Positions 10,080-23,729 of a stretch of DNA of 35,219 nucleotides are shown piece after piece. How positions within the stretch are numbered: the first letter of the stretch is position 1; every line of letters begins with the position of its first letter. This DNA is from Octopus bimaculoides (Eukaryota), in contig NC_068981.1 in the NCBI RefSeq assembly GCF_001194135.2, positions 15,541,108-15,576,326 of the forward strand, given 5' to 3'. The position numbers and the translations under genes were made by a program. Under the pieces are notes generated by a model. The model was not told the origin of the DNA, did not search any database, and was given only the letters and a program-made list of their open reading frames with translations.

Positions 10080-12249
10080 CCTGTCCGCTGAAGTATTGAT
10101 GATGCTGCACCAGTGAGACCTGAAACTAAAGAGACAATAAAGGAATTCAAATTTTTTTAGATGTATGGAATAAAGGTGGGAATTTTAAGGGTGGGAAACG
10201 AATCGGATGACATCAAACCTCTGGTGACAAAGTAATATATAAAATTAATCCACACAAGTTTTATATAATATTATATTGAAGAATATAAATCTCTGCTGCT
10301 AAATTCACATGAAGTTAATGTAGAAATCAATTTGACCTTTTTCGCCAGTTTGCTTTTGCAATTATGAAAGTTGCAATTTTCTTTCATGTATCGACTTATA
10401 TAGAATATGATGATAAATTCTAACTCAAAATTAGGTTCTAGTAATGGATGAAGTTTCTGTTATTCTCCTTGAATCAGATGCTTATATTCTCTGCTAAATT
10501 GGCTAGAATATATATTGCATTCATTAGCAGGTATGCCATACATAGTGATTACAGATGAAAGAATTATTCCGTAACTGAATAATTTCGTAAAGTTTAGTGG
10601 ATTAATGCATTATACCGATTCATTAAACTTATTCATCGTAGAATCGATTCATAAAGACCTGATTAATTAACTGATTGAACATTTTAAAGTGTGGCCTCGT
10701 GAAAGAAGGTCATTGAAGCCTCAGTGAGAATGTAATTAAGCATATTGCCGATTGATCTTTGGTGGAGCAGCGTCGGAATAATATGTCTCTATTAACATTT
10801 ACAAAATGGGTTCGCTTAGGCATGTAATTTCATCAAAGTAACGTCAGAACTTATGCCTTCTATATAATAAATATATCTTGGTGGTATTATTAACCCATTG
10901 GGATATGAATGTATGAGAGACAACCCTTACATCAATGTTGTTATATAACATATATTGCTCAAAGTCTGAAATATTGTGTCTCTTTTCGACTTAGTATAAA
11001 GGCATGGTATTCTACGTGAAGAGTGAAATTGGATAACGTAACGTTTATAGCTACTCCACCGGATGTTAATGAAGTGTATTAACTTGAAATGTGGATTGAA
11101 ACTATGTCGCGGTCTTGGCTTAAGAGGAACATAAGGGTTTTTTTTTTTTTTGCTACAGTTGTCTCAACACAGCAGTTAATGGTATTGTCTGGATAGATAT
11201 GCGAAATAATTTTCACAATCCGTTAATTTAATAACGGTAAACCTGATGCAGCCAGCCGATATACGATAAATGTTCATAGAATGTATCATGTATGTCTCTT
11301 ATACACATATGAATACGCATACATGTGTAGCTTGACAATAATCGCACATATATGGCTTGCTTCTCTTTAAGATTCTGCGTTTGCAAATATTGCTACGTTG
11401 TGGCAGGGAATGCGCACTTGGGCGTGTATGTGTGTGTGCGCGTGCTCGCATATGTATGAACCTGAGTGGGTGAGATTGAATCCCATGCTGAATAAATATT
11501 CAAATATTGAGACACTCTATACAGGAACCGTATACACTCAAGGAGCAGAGGGAATTTAATACATACAGCATTATACACATCTTATTTAATTCTACAACTA
11601 ATGCTTCGTTTACAAAGCTTCGTAATCACGTCCCAGCCCTGATCCCAATACATAGCATCTTAGAAGCGAAGATTTTCCTGTGGCCCCTAGTAGACACCAA
11701 CACTTTTGAGTGAAATTCAGTAGCCAGAAACTGCAGTACGTCATCGCATGGCTTGTACACATAAAGGGCCTATCCTGACAAATTTTATCACGCTGACTCC
11801 CGCCTAATAAATTATGTTAAGAATACACGAAACAGTCGACTGTTCAGCCATTTCAAATTCAATGAGCAAGAAAGTTCTTTAGACCGAAAAACTGATTATC
11901 ATCGTTAAAGCCGACGACAAACTTATGTTTGTTTTTTGTTGTTTTTTTTTTTTATTTTGTAGCGGTTCACGCGAGCTAAAGAATAACATTTAAATTGATT
12001 TATCTGATGGAAAAGCGGTCAAATTTCTCTTAAATCATATATCACAGTCTCAAAGGAGTGGCAGTACGTTAGACAATATAATCTATGTAGACTGAATAAA
12101 AATTCGACGGGATAGCCACACCTGGCAAGCAGTTGTTTAACGAAGGACTCAGATCAGATATAGGTTATTCGTAACAAATTATAACTGACCTAAGAACATG
12201 GTATGCCGGGGATTCGGGTTTTTTTGTAATATATATATATATATATATA

Positions 12250-12647
12250 NNNNNNNNNNNNNNNNNNNNNNNNNNNNNNNNNNNNNNNNNNNNNNNNNNN
12301 NNNNNNNNNNNNNNNNNNNNNNNNNNNNNNNNNNNNNNNNNNNNNNNNNNNNNNNNNNNNNNNNNNNNNNNNNNNNNNNNNNNNNNNNNNNNNNNNNNNN
12401 NNNNNNNNNNNNNNNNNNNNNNNNNNNNNNNNNNNNNNNNNNNNNNNNNNNNNNNNNNNNNNNNNNNNNNNNNNNNNNNNNNNNNNNNNNNNNNNNNNNN
12501 NNNNNNNNNNNNNNNNNNNNNNNNNNNNNNNNNNNNNNNNNNNNNNNNNNNNNNNNNNNNNNNNNNNNNNNNNNNNNNNNNNNNNNNNNNNNNNNNNNNN
12601 NNNNNNNNNNNNNNNNNNNNNNNNNNNNNNNNNNNNNNNNNNNNNNN
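12250..12647. other. Assembly gap
   Basis: N run between (TA)n and (CA)n. Confidence 0.99.
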
Positions 12648-14391
12648 CACACACACACACACACACGTATATATATAGAAAATGAACTTCCATTTGTTTT
12701 TTTAGAAGTGCCGAATGTGCTTCGTACGATACAGAAAAGAAAGTGATATTTTCGAACTGAGTATCGCCATTAGACCAGCAGAATGATTGGCCTCATACTA
12801 TTACATATCGAATTGTTACTTTCTATTTCATTTCTAGCAATCACGTTATTGACAAACATGCATATTCGTCCTGTTCTTAAGGTTCATTGCGTTATGTGCC
12901 CACTTTTTAAGACAAACCAGTTGTTTAATGTACTTCATAAGAAACCTATTTAATGAGAAACATTTCCTGTTGTGTAGCCTTGATGCTATCATCTAATCAA
13001 TAGTTCTAGTGTAAGAATGATTCTTGAGGTAAACTTGTACGAAATGTCAGAAGCAATACCATTGAAAGGTCAAAGAGTGTTATCGTAAGAATATATGAGG
13101 AAGTTCTAAAGGTTACGAGGTTTTCTAGCAAACTTTACGTTAACTATGTTATTTACAGCAAGTATTCAGAAGTAACTGGCCTATTAAAGTGTATGAAAAA
13201 TGCACCTAAAAAACGATAGGCGTCATTAGTAATACGGCGTTTGCGCTTTGACAACAAAATCTATTGATCGCATCCTATATTAAATTTTGAAAATCAAAAT
13301 ATGTAACTGCTGAATATGTTCAAATTTAATACAACGTTGTATATGTGCATACATATGTGAAGAAATGAAAGCACTTTCTAAATCATCTATGTATACAGTC
13401 TTTTGGTTTGTTTATAAGACAACATACAAGCTTCATATTAAACTTGAAGAAAAAAAAATTCACGGAATTTTCGAAACAAATTAAAAATATAGATAGGGAG
13501 AAACGATAAGTAATTTTTTTAACATATTGCTACACATTCCAACAGGAGTATATGTATGTTTTATGAACATACATATATTTTTGAATACATCTATAAACGC
13601 ACATACGTCTATATACTCACATGCACATAAGCACGCCATAGAGTTCGTAAGCTTTCACGTCAGAAACCTATAAGGTCGTCCACCACTTTCAGTTGGGATT
13701 GAGTAGGGCTGTCCACCCAGCCCTGTGTTAACGAATCAATTGTCCCACCTTCTTCCATAAGAAAAAGAGTAAGGGTGGGTTCTCTGAGTATGTACTCCAG
13801 CGTATTGTTCCTTCTGTAGTTCTTCTACAGACTACCCACTAGCAACCATAGCGCCACACAAACGTGGTGTATAAATGTATGATGGAGACAAATAACCCGC
13901 TAAAGAGTGCTTCCTCGGAAAAACATTTCTTTCCCAACTCTAGGCTTAGGTTCCCTACTACTCTGATCGAGTATGGTCTTACTCCAGCAAAGGAAAATGT
14001 TAACATCAGTTTGAGATGTTCGGTATCAAGAAAGACCTTGTCTTACCAGGGATGGAGAAGTCCCTACTTTTGTACCAAAAGGAATTCGGAAATTGTTCTG
14101 GCCAGCAGAATCGGTTTGCTTAATTAGAGGACTATGGCGGTTTCATCTTGTGCTCAAATAGATGTCTGATACTCCGATACTCCTAGAGGGTTCAAGAAAT
14201 AACTATGATCGGCTAAATTAGTTTTCGTCCCTTGTTCAGCGCGCCACGATGCTAATTTTCCCATTAAACATTCCCAATGTTAAATATCATGTTTTCATAT
14301 TTTGGAATTCCACTTTGGTAGTTCTCTTCTTTGTACCAAGTGGTCCTTTTATTCCAGGCCTTGTCCATATATTAGAAAGGAATATTTTTAA

Positions 14392-14585
14392 GGTGGTGAA
14401 CAAGCAGAGTCGCTGAGTCCCCAGAAAAGCATTTTTCGGGCTCTTTGCATTCGGATATCCAATGCCTCCGATTTTGATTATACCTTTATTCTTTCGGGAT
14501 TAATCAATCTTGTAACAATCGACTATACGAGTAGCAGAAATCGAGTGAAACCCAATCCAATATGTGCTGGCCTTGTGCCGTAATG
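14392..14585 (+). mobile_element. Highly diverged tRNA-derived SINE (same family as 16122-16552)
   Basis: GGTGGTGAACAAGCAGAGTCG ... CCTTTATTCTTTCGGGATT ... GGCCTTGTGCC loosely matches the reverse complement of the 16.1-16.5 kb copies. A tail fragment lies at 14354-14386. Confidence 0.5.
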
Positions 14586-15226
14586 TGTAATAATCTTATC
14601 GTTATTACTACTATTCCCCATACTGTGTAGCTTTGGGATGATGTATATGAGTTCGCGGCATCGGCATGCTGTCGCGCGTGCGAGCTTGTCTATGTTTCTG
14701 CCTGTGCGAAAGAATATGTCAGGATTTACGAATATATGTCTACGTGGGCGACATCTAGCGTCTAACTGTATTTTCATGATGTCTTGCTGGATCTACTGAG
14801 CTAAGCCGACTGATGCCTGCTATGTGATTTTTTTTCTCAGTTAGACTGCAATAAACACTATATTATTATTATCATTAGTATTGTTCTTACTGCTACTATT
14901 ATTGTTGTTGTTGTTGTTGTTGTACGACATCCTTTCTCTTCACTCTGATGCTCTTTTACCTGCTCGCTTCATTTTCCTCTACTCCACACGCCTATGTTAC
15001 GGCTACTGTTCTTATTTGCGTACTTGGGTGCATTTAATGGTATCCGTCAATGTTTGGGTTGAATTTTTGTGAGTATTACCGATTAATAGGGCCGGTGGTA
15101 TTTGTTCATGTAACAGTCTTATTGTTTTATGTTCACATAATTGATGGTAGTCGATTTGATGAAACATACGTACATAATGTAACGCTTTAATACCGACTAC
15201 ATTTTCATTGTTTCTTTTTAAATACA

Positions 15227-15257
15227 TACATAGTACGTACGTACATACATACATGCA

Positions 15258-15288
<31 letters not shown>

Positions 15289-15429
15289 GTGTACGTGTTT
15301 GTGTATGTGTTCAAAGACCAAAAGGGCATTCACGACTAGATGATCCATTATATCACAACCCCAAAACTTTACAAACCCAATTCATCGTATATATATATAT
15401 ATATATATATGGGTGTGTGTGTGTGTGTT

Positions 15430-15467
<38 letters not shown>

Positions 15468-15481
15468 TGTGTGTGTGTGTG
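15227..15481. repeat. (TACA)n, (TA)n and (GT)n microsatellites with a short unique spacer
   Basis: Visible simple repeats. Confidence 0.85.
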
Positions 15482-16121
15482 CTCGATATAGGCATATTAC
15501 GAACCAGAACAAACAAAAGTTGTATTCTATTTGACAACTAACAATATTGAAACTTCGTCGCGCAATTTGTTTTTATATTACGTTTAATTTTATTCTTTTC
15601 TAAGGGTTTTGCGTAATAATTAATGTTCTAAGATAATATTCCACATCTATTTCAAACACTTATTTATTTGCTCTCTCTTCCGTTTGAAATACAAATTGTT
15701 TAAAAGCCGTAATTAACAAAGCTGTGTAATTGCCAAAGACCTATCAGCACAAATTTTCAATAAGTAAAAGCTATTAATCCTTAGAAGCTTTTAACATATT
15801 GTTATGTTTAAAATATTTAGATATGTTTCCCATTTGAAATCTGCAATCCAATTAAACCTAACTAAACTGAAATTTCACCGAAAATCAACTAACTGCTTTC
15901 ATCGTAAATGTTATACTTTCATTGTTTAGCAAAGAAAAAAAAAATAATAATAATAACAATAATAATAATAATCAGAGAAAGAATAACGATTTAGAAACGA
16001 AACATAATCTGTGAGTGATTCCTATAACTTAATAATTACATGCAATGCATCAAAACCAAATATATGGTGCAATTCAAATAAATTACTGCAGTGCGAAAAC
16101 ATTAATAATTCTATAACACTC

Positions 16122-16317
16122 AATGCTTTTCTACTTTAGGCGCAAGACCCCAAATTTTGGGGAGGGGGCCAGTCAATTAGATCGACGCCAGTACGCAACT
16201 GGTATTTAATTTATCGACCTCGAAAGGATGAAAGGTAAAGTCGACCTCGGCGGAAATTGAACTCAGAACGTAAAGACGGACGAAATGCCGCTATGCATTT
16301 CGCTCGGCGTGCTAACC
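16122..16317 (-). mobile_element. tRNA-derived SINE, head-truncated
   Basis: Shares about 120 bp (TCGACC..GAAAGGATGAAAGG..AAAGTCGACCTCGGCGGAA..TGAA.TCAGAA...GGCGTGCTAAC) with the adjacent copy. B-box-like GAGTTCAATTTC on the minus strand. Confidence 0.85.
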
Positions 16318-16552
16318 TTTCTTATTTCTTTGCTGCCCACAAGGGGCTACACACAGAGTGGACAAACAAGGACGGACAAACGGATTAAGTCTATTATATC
16401 GACCCTAGTGCGTAACTGGTACTTATTTAATCGACCCCGAAAGGATGAAAGGCAAAGTCGACCTCGGCGGAATTTGAATTCAGAATGAAGCGGCAGACGA
16501 TATAACGCTAAGCATTTCGCCCGGCGTGCTAACGTTTCTCCCAGCTCACCGC
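16318..16552 (-). mobile_element. tRNA-derived SINE, near full length
   Basis: Minus-strand head GCGGTGAGCTGGGAGAAACGTTAGC. The central GCCTTTCATCCTTTCGGGGTCGAT resembles the Meta/Sauria-type SINE domain (from recall). Confidence 0.88.
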
Positions 16553-16669
16553 TTTTCTGTAACCCTAAATACTACAAAACTCTAAGCATTAGTGGGATCT
16601 ATATTTGGTAAAGATATCTTGTACACGGAGATAAATATATATTCGTAGTTAGCTTAATTTATTTTGAAT

Positions 16670-16752
16670 ATGTATGTATGTAGAGTATGTATGTATGTAT
16701 GTATGTATGCATGCATGTATGTATGTATGAATGTATGTATGTATGTATGTAT
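16670..16752. repeat. (TATG)n microsatellite
   Basis: Visible. Confidence 0.95.
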
Positions 16753-18057
16753 GTGTTCTCTTTTTAATGTGGAGTAAACATTTGACCGACCACCGAGTTC
16801 GTGACAAAGTTGTAAAGGAAAACATTTGGTTATTACCAGCACCATTCACATCTTTTAACTCTTAGGAAGGTGTTGCAGATTTTTATAGTCCCAGACATCA
16901 CTCTCATTTGTAGCATATAAATTAAGGATTTGCATTCTCTCCGCAACATTCCAAGTTCAGCGATACTTTGCTCCAGACGGGTTGGTAACAATAATAGATA
17001 TGAAGCTCAATGTATATCATGGGTCCTAAATTTCCAGCCTCATTATCAATATTCCACAGATGTCCTCTTTCTCTTCTATTTTTCTACCCTCATTCGTGCC
17101 CAAGAGCAGCTGTTCTTCACAACAGAACGGAGGTATTTGTTGTGGTCCTACACAACAATAAATGGTTGCGATGTAATGGACTTACAGCGCTGGGTGTGAT
17201 GTAATAAGCCACTCTCCTGGAATTTGCATTTCTTTCTTTTGAGAGTGAATGCGGATCAATTCTTCTGCTTACCTGAGTGAGTAGCCTTAAACATACACAC
17301 CCACCCATACGCGCGCACACACACAGACACACGCATACGCACGCGCACGCACACACGCACACCCACACACACACACACACACACAAACAAACACACACAT
17401 ATAGGGATTCAATGCATTGTCTGAGAAAGAATAGCGGTGGCCTTTGATTTTTGCAAGGACTTATAGTAAATTTTCAATGGACGAGTTCACTATTATCTTT
17501 TCAAGCACTTATAGCCCATTTCATGAAAATACATATTCAGGAAACAAAAAATTGCATGAATTTAAAACACATTAGAATATTTCATGCAAAATCTGTGCCA
17601 TGAATTACTATTATCAACATTAATATTCTGTTTGATAGATACATGCAATATTAATTGTAAATAGAGCTGAACAAATTTTATTTATCGCAATGTACACAGA
17701 GAATTTCTGATGAAATACACATTGGTAGATGCTAATGCTGGAATAATCTATGTATATTTCATGTGTCTTTCCTCAGTAATTCTAAGAATGCTTCGTATCT
17801 AATGAAATCAACTGTAGATACAGTCGATTTATTTTCATTACACGCCAGTCGCGGTTTGCCCTGGAGAATATCAGAAAACGTAATGATGTTTTCATTAGTA
17901 TAAGATAATATTAAACCATGTATAACCTCATAATATCCTGGAAATCATTTTTTATTGTCTTTTCAACGTCTCTTGTCATTTTGATTGATTGTTTCCTCTA
18001 AGACTGGTGTTTCACAGTATCGCTGACTTACTTTCCTCTCCATCTTTATCTCCGCAG

Positions 18058-18264
18058 CCTAACGACTTATTCTGTAACAGACTGTCGTTTGACATACTTC
18101 GTTAAAAATACACCTTATTGTCTTCAGCAGAAGAATAAAACCTTAACATGACGCTGATCTCAGTACATACTTCTGCCACGCAGCAACAAATTTTGCCTGT
18201 TCTGGTTTTCTCAAATATTTCATTTCCATCTCTACATGAATCTTTCCGTGTCGCATGTATACCG
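18058..18264 (+). other. Candidate spliced exon (207 nt)
   Basis: Branch-point-like CTGAC, a long pyrimidine tract and CGCAG| acceptor; CCG|GTAAGA donor. ATG 18148 is open to the donor (39 codons). No recognised homology. Confidence 0.3.
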
Positions 18265-18739
18265 GTAAGAGTGTATCATTTATAAATTACTAACAGTTAC
18301 TACAGAAGCGTCTCCAAGAAAATAAACTAGAAAACTCAGCACCACACCATTTAATATGCCAGCTATAAAATACATTTTCTCCTCACATGAAACAAAGCCT
18401 GAAACGCAGTTACCTTGCCAACTGAACATCAACATAGACATGATAACCATAACTTTTTCGCAATTGGTAATCATCTCAACACATAGATTTAAAGTGAAGC
18501 AACAAGCTGTCACTGATGTGCCAAGGTTGCAGCTCTTCAGAGATTACTATATTCGAGAAACGTCTAAGCATATTGTCAGGTCATACAAGGATGATTATTT
18601 CTATTTTCTGTTCATCTCACATGTATCATGCATTGAGTACATGTAGAATCATCATATATAAGGAATCGATAGGGAATATTAAATAATAACTTGCAAAGTA
18701 TATATATATATATATATATATATCTTTGAAAAACGAAAA

Positions 18740-19200
18740 GAATGACCTCACTGGTGGTTCTAATCAATTTAATTATCTAATAATGTAATCTTGCAGTTTG
18801 GTTTTACATCAAGTAATTTCTTTGTTAACTTCAGTGGGGAGATTTTTTAAAGATTCCTTGTTAGCTTTTTCGGAGAACTTTTTCGCATTCGTTGGTGGCG
18901 CTTGTCAAACTGATCTCAGGTAGTGTTGTTTTGTGTGATTCTCTATATAAAAGATTTGGGTATGTCTGTGGTTGGGTTAGGGTTTGTTAATAAGCGTGAG
19001 AGTATTGAAGAACAAGAACTGAAAGAAAGTAGTGAATGATAAAGACAAGATAATTGACTGAGGATGGACTTGAGACGTGGTGGGGTCTTTAAGGAGTGTT
19101 TTATGCAGAGCTGGTGAAGGTCCCCGCCTGCTGGTTCAATTTGAATAGTTGACCTTTGGTGAAGAATATAATGGTCATATGCTTTTCAAATCATCTTATG
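18740..19200 (-). mobile_element. Decayed ORF-like segment, probably retroelement-derived (unclassified, possibly a PLE N-terminus)
   Basis: About 110 codons in one minus frame with 2 stops (KAYDHYILHQRSTIQIEPAGGDLHQLCIKHSLKTPPRLKSILSQL...). No diagnostic motif. Confidence 0.25.
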
Positions 19201-19471
19201 GCTGAATCAACTATCTTAATTTCATAAAGAGAAACTTCAGTAATTTTCTATGTTAAAGATGAGTTTAGGTGAGTGTCTGGGAGTGGTTTTAATGAAAAGT
19301 AAAATACATGTTTTTTGATAAAAAGGGGATGACAGCAGAGAGAAAAGATATAAGGTTAGTTTTTGGAAATTTTTTAATAGAAATTTGTTTTTTATATTGG
19401 TTTGGGAGGGGTGGTGGAGGAGATCATGCTAGCTCACATATTTACTTCCCTACATGTAAACAAACAAAAAC

Positions 19472-19795
<324 letters not shown>

Positions 19796-19814
19796 TATTG
19801 TTTTTAGTTTGTAC

Positions 19815-20476
19815 CATTAATGCAGAATCCAGTCAGCTATTCGCCTGCACACTGTCACCATATTGGTGATATGCATATGAAACGAGTTATCGCTGCTCAT
19901 ATCAATCACGAGATCATGCACCGTATGTGATTCTACGATTGCCGCTCTTTTTGGTCCAAAGTATCGTTGGAGCGATTTCTGAGCCCCAAATAGCTTGAGC
20001 GGAATGATCGAGATTTGCCTGCATTAAATTACATGCTGTTGTCCACACTCCATTTATATATGAAATCTAGGTATTTTAGAAGAACAGTAGCTTCAGAAGG
20101 TTCCTTCACTGTTTGTACTAAGTTTGTGTCGTCGGCATAGCAAGTAAGTGTTGATGTCTGTGAAACTCATAGCATGTCTAAAAGAGCTATCATGAGCAGC
20201 AGCGGTCTCATAGCAGTTCACTAAGGTACACCATTTTCTATTGATGTCTCCTTAGAGTGGGATCCGTTGGCCGCTACAGCCTGGCTTCTGTCTTTTAAGA
20301 AGTCATGGAACCACTCTCCGATCTTCCCATTTGTGTCGAGTCCCCTAAGTTAGTGACATACCATCCCATGATCGACGTTATCAAAGACCTTTGTAAAGTC
20401 GAGATGCATCACTTCGACGTATGTGAGATTCATTAATTGTTTCAACACCCAGGCATAGTGTTGCAAAATCTGTGTA
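19815..20476 (-). mobile_element. CR1/L2-type LINE reverse transcriptase fragment
   Basis: Minus-strand motifs: VMHLDFTKVFDNVDHG, GKIGEWFHDFLKDRSQAV, NGVP**T (from GVPQG), LTCYADDTN (YADD at 20128-20139), [38 protein letters not shown]. Confidence 0.9.
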
Positions 20477-20614
20477 TGCATACACATACTCAGAAAAATA
20501 AAGGAGCATTTGAAAGTATTGTGAATATACATCTCTCTCTTTCTCTTTCTCTTTCTCTCCCTCTCTTTATATATATATGTATGTATAAGTATATATATGT
20601 ATATATATATATAT

Positions 20615-20778
20615 NNNNNNNNNNNNNNNNNNNNNNNNNNNNNNNNNNNNNNNNNNNNNNNNNNNNNNNNNNNNNNNNNNNNNNNNNNNNNNNNNNNNNN
20701 NNNNNNNNNNNNNNNNNNNNNNNNNNNNNNNNNNNNNNNNNNNNNNNNNNNNNNNNNNNNNNNNNNNNNNNNNNNNNN
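20615..20778. other. Assembly gap
   Basis: N run in a microsatellite. Confidence 0.99.
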
Positions 20779-20908
20779 TGTGTGTGTATGTATGTATATA
20801 TATATGTGTGTATTGTGTGTATATATGTATGTGCGTATGAAGGGAATTTTTTAAAACCACATTCATGTTTAAGCATAGAAATGTTTCAAAATGTGTAAAA
20901 CATTAACG

Positions 20909-20967
<59 letters not shown>

Positions 20968-23149
20968 GTGTGTGTGTGTGTGTATGCATGTATGTATGTA
21001 TGCATTTATATATATATCTACATTCATATACCTATCAGTAGGCGTATATACTATATATATACACTTTATCCTCAATAATACTCATAATATTCCCACCTGA
21101 AATGAATATGTCGGAGCACCTTCGCTATAGAAACAAAACAAAGAATTACTGATGTTGTGCAAAATATGTAACTCTGCCAATAAAAATGTATCACTTCTTT
21201 CAGGTCATTGTAGAATTACAGCGATATTGATTATCGAACATCTATGAAGCCCCTATAAGAATTCTTGTCATAACTCAACGAGATTTTAAAATGTTCAAAT
21301 TAAATTGTTGCTAGTTTTTTGTATTCTTAAATTGAGGTCACGATCTATCAAAGTTCTGAATATTCACACGTGTTTAGATCTTTCTTATTTACGGCAGCTG
21401 TATGTCTCTACAAGGAAAATTACGATTTTATTCAAAGACATTAAACGACTACTTCCTATATAAAAAATATTCAATAAATGCTTCCCCACGGACGACAAAA
21501 GTTGCTGAAGTAGGATTTAGGATAATATATGATAATTTTTGAGATTTACAAGAGTGCACGGCATAATAAATTTTAGAGCTCTACATTAAGGACACAATTT
21601 TTATTGAAAACAGACTTCAATTCGCCATAAAATAAGAACATAACAAGTCTTCAAAACAATTCAGCGTTAGTGCTAAATGTCATAATATAGAAATATGGCG
21701 TCATATTTGAACATATCTGAATGTTACATAAGAAAAATATATAAAAGATGATACTATATATTTTTTTCGGATCTCTCGTGGTTTTAGTAAATAGACACTA
21801 ATATGCATACAAAATCGTCTGAATAGTTACATCACCGGCTCCAATACGAATACTTTTATAAGAGAAAATATATTGATATTAGACACAGAAATGACGCCAG
21901 AACTGAGAGTTCATACGTTATCAAAAGTATTAAGATGTATAAAACTTTTTGATTAGGCAAGTTATTGGAAATTAAAAGACATTAATTTTAGTGGAAAAAG
22001 ATAAACAAAATTTTACGTAACTAGATGTGGAGTATGCTGCACTGAAGTATTTGTGTTTTAATGTGTCATCGCAGAGAAACGCTATAGCTCAGCCATTTGT
22101 GCTATTACAGATAATACCAGAAAAACAGGATTCCATTCGTATTGCTCTGCTTGAGATTATGTATGTGTATACATAGGTATTTGTGTGTATATATATATAC
22201 TTTGTTAAAAAGCAGCAAATATATCACAAAAGCTACTCAGAGTTTCGTTTTCCCGTTCGTCGGACTGTTTTGTTTAGAATGGCGCAAAATAAAGTTATAC
22301 GCAGAAACACAATTACTTTGATAGACACACATTTGAAAATTGTTTTATTACATTGGTCCTTTCAACTAACGGTCTTTGCAATAACCAGTTGCCTGAAATA
22401 ACAAATTGCGGTTTAAAATCATAATATTAAATAAACTGAAGAAACCCTTAAATCAAAAATAGGTTATAAAAAATGAAAAAGGCCTGAATAACCAGGGTAA
22501 ACAATTAGCTGTAAATATAATGATAAATTAATAAATTAAAAGATATGTCCGTTTACAAAATTTCGCGCTAAATTCCGTATACATTTAGCAATGCATACAC
22601 ATACCAAACAAACTATAAAATACGTATTTATACTAAACATATCGATGTAGGTACATGGCTAGATGCATATATACACATATGTAGGCAAAACATAAATATA
22701 TACAAATACATATATATGTATGCAGGCACATACACACGCGCGCACAAAACTTTCTGGCGTATGATTATACAAGTTAGTTGTTACAGGCGCAAGAAAGAAA
22801 AGGGGGAAAATCAGAGAATAACAAGTGGGACGAGGAATGAGAGAAAGAAAAAAAGGGGGGAAGAAGAAAAGTAATAAAAGAAAAAGAAACAGAGAAGTAG
22901 AGAGTGAAATGGGAAAATGAATAGAGGTAGAGAGAGTAAAATCATGGTGTTCCAAGAAGTATCTAACGAAGGTTAGACACTTCGTTGAGCTTGCGAAACG
23001 TACACATATATAAACACACATATAAAATTACATGTATATTTGCATAAAGGCAAACATACGTACAAATACGTACGCATATAGACACGTATACAAATCTACA
23101 AATAAATATGAACGCAAATACATGGTCACCACGCACACACACACACACG

Positions 23150-23180
<31 letters not shown>

Positions 23181-23407
23181 GCATATATATATATAAGATT
23201 TTGTCCCTTCTCCAATTGCTAGATCTCCATTAAACTTGGAATCTTAATTGTTAATATGGCATGGTATGTCATAAGTGTCTGTATATTGTCTTTTTTGTCA
23301 TTTTGGTTGTAAGATAAACAGATTAATCAACAAAATATAGTGTCTGCAAGTTGATGAGTACCTCATATTCCCCTCCATTTTCTTATTACTATATATATAC
23401 ATTTATA

Positions 23408-23573
23408 TACGACAGCATCCTTTCACTTTCCGTCTACCAAATCATCTCAAAGGGACTTAGTTGACCTGAGGCCATAATAGGAGGCAGTTGCCCAAGGTGC
23501 CACGCAAGTAGGACTGAACCCGGAACCATGTGGTTGGGAAGCTAGCTTCTTACTAAACAAACACATATGCGTC
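23408..23573 (-). mobile_element. Diverged 5' half of the SINE family at 1856-2285
   Basis: TTTCCGTCTACCAAATC ... TTGCCCAAGGTGCCACGCA.. GGACTGAACCCGGAACCATGTGGTT matches 2145-2255. Confidence 0.85.
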
Positions 23574-23695
23574 TAAAACGACATATATATATGTGCGTGC
23601 GTGTGTCTATGTGTGTGTCCATGTGTGTGTATGTATGTAAGTGTATGTAAGTGTATATATATGTGTTTATATATGTTTATCTGTGTTTATATTTT

Positions 23696-23729
<34 letters not shown>

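Noticed and set aside
9436-10150. 226-aa hydrophobic and 130-aa Glu/Arg-rich ORFs
   Set aside because: They are products of the TTC low-complexity tract, partly fused to Tc1 sequence.
10478-10530. 53-nt AG..GT exon candidate (MLIFSAKLARIYIAFIS)
   Set aside because: Ordinary splice signals and no homology; expected by chance in 35 kb.
17110-17190. Cluster of small hairpins (e.g. TTGTTGTG-gtccta-CACAACAA)
   Set aside because: Short stems, no recognisable ncRNA boxes; compatible with chance.
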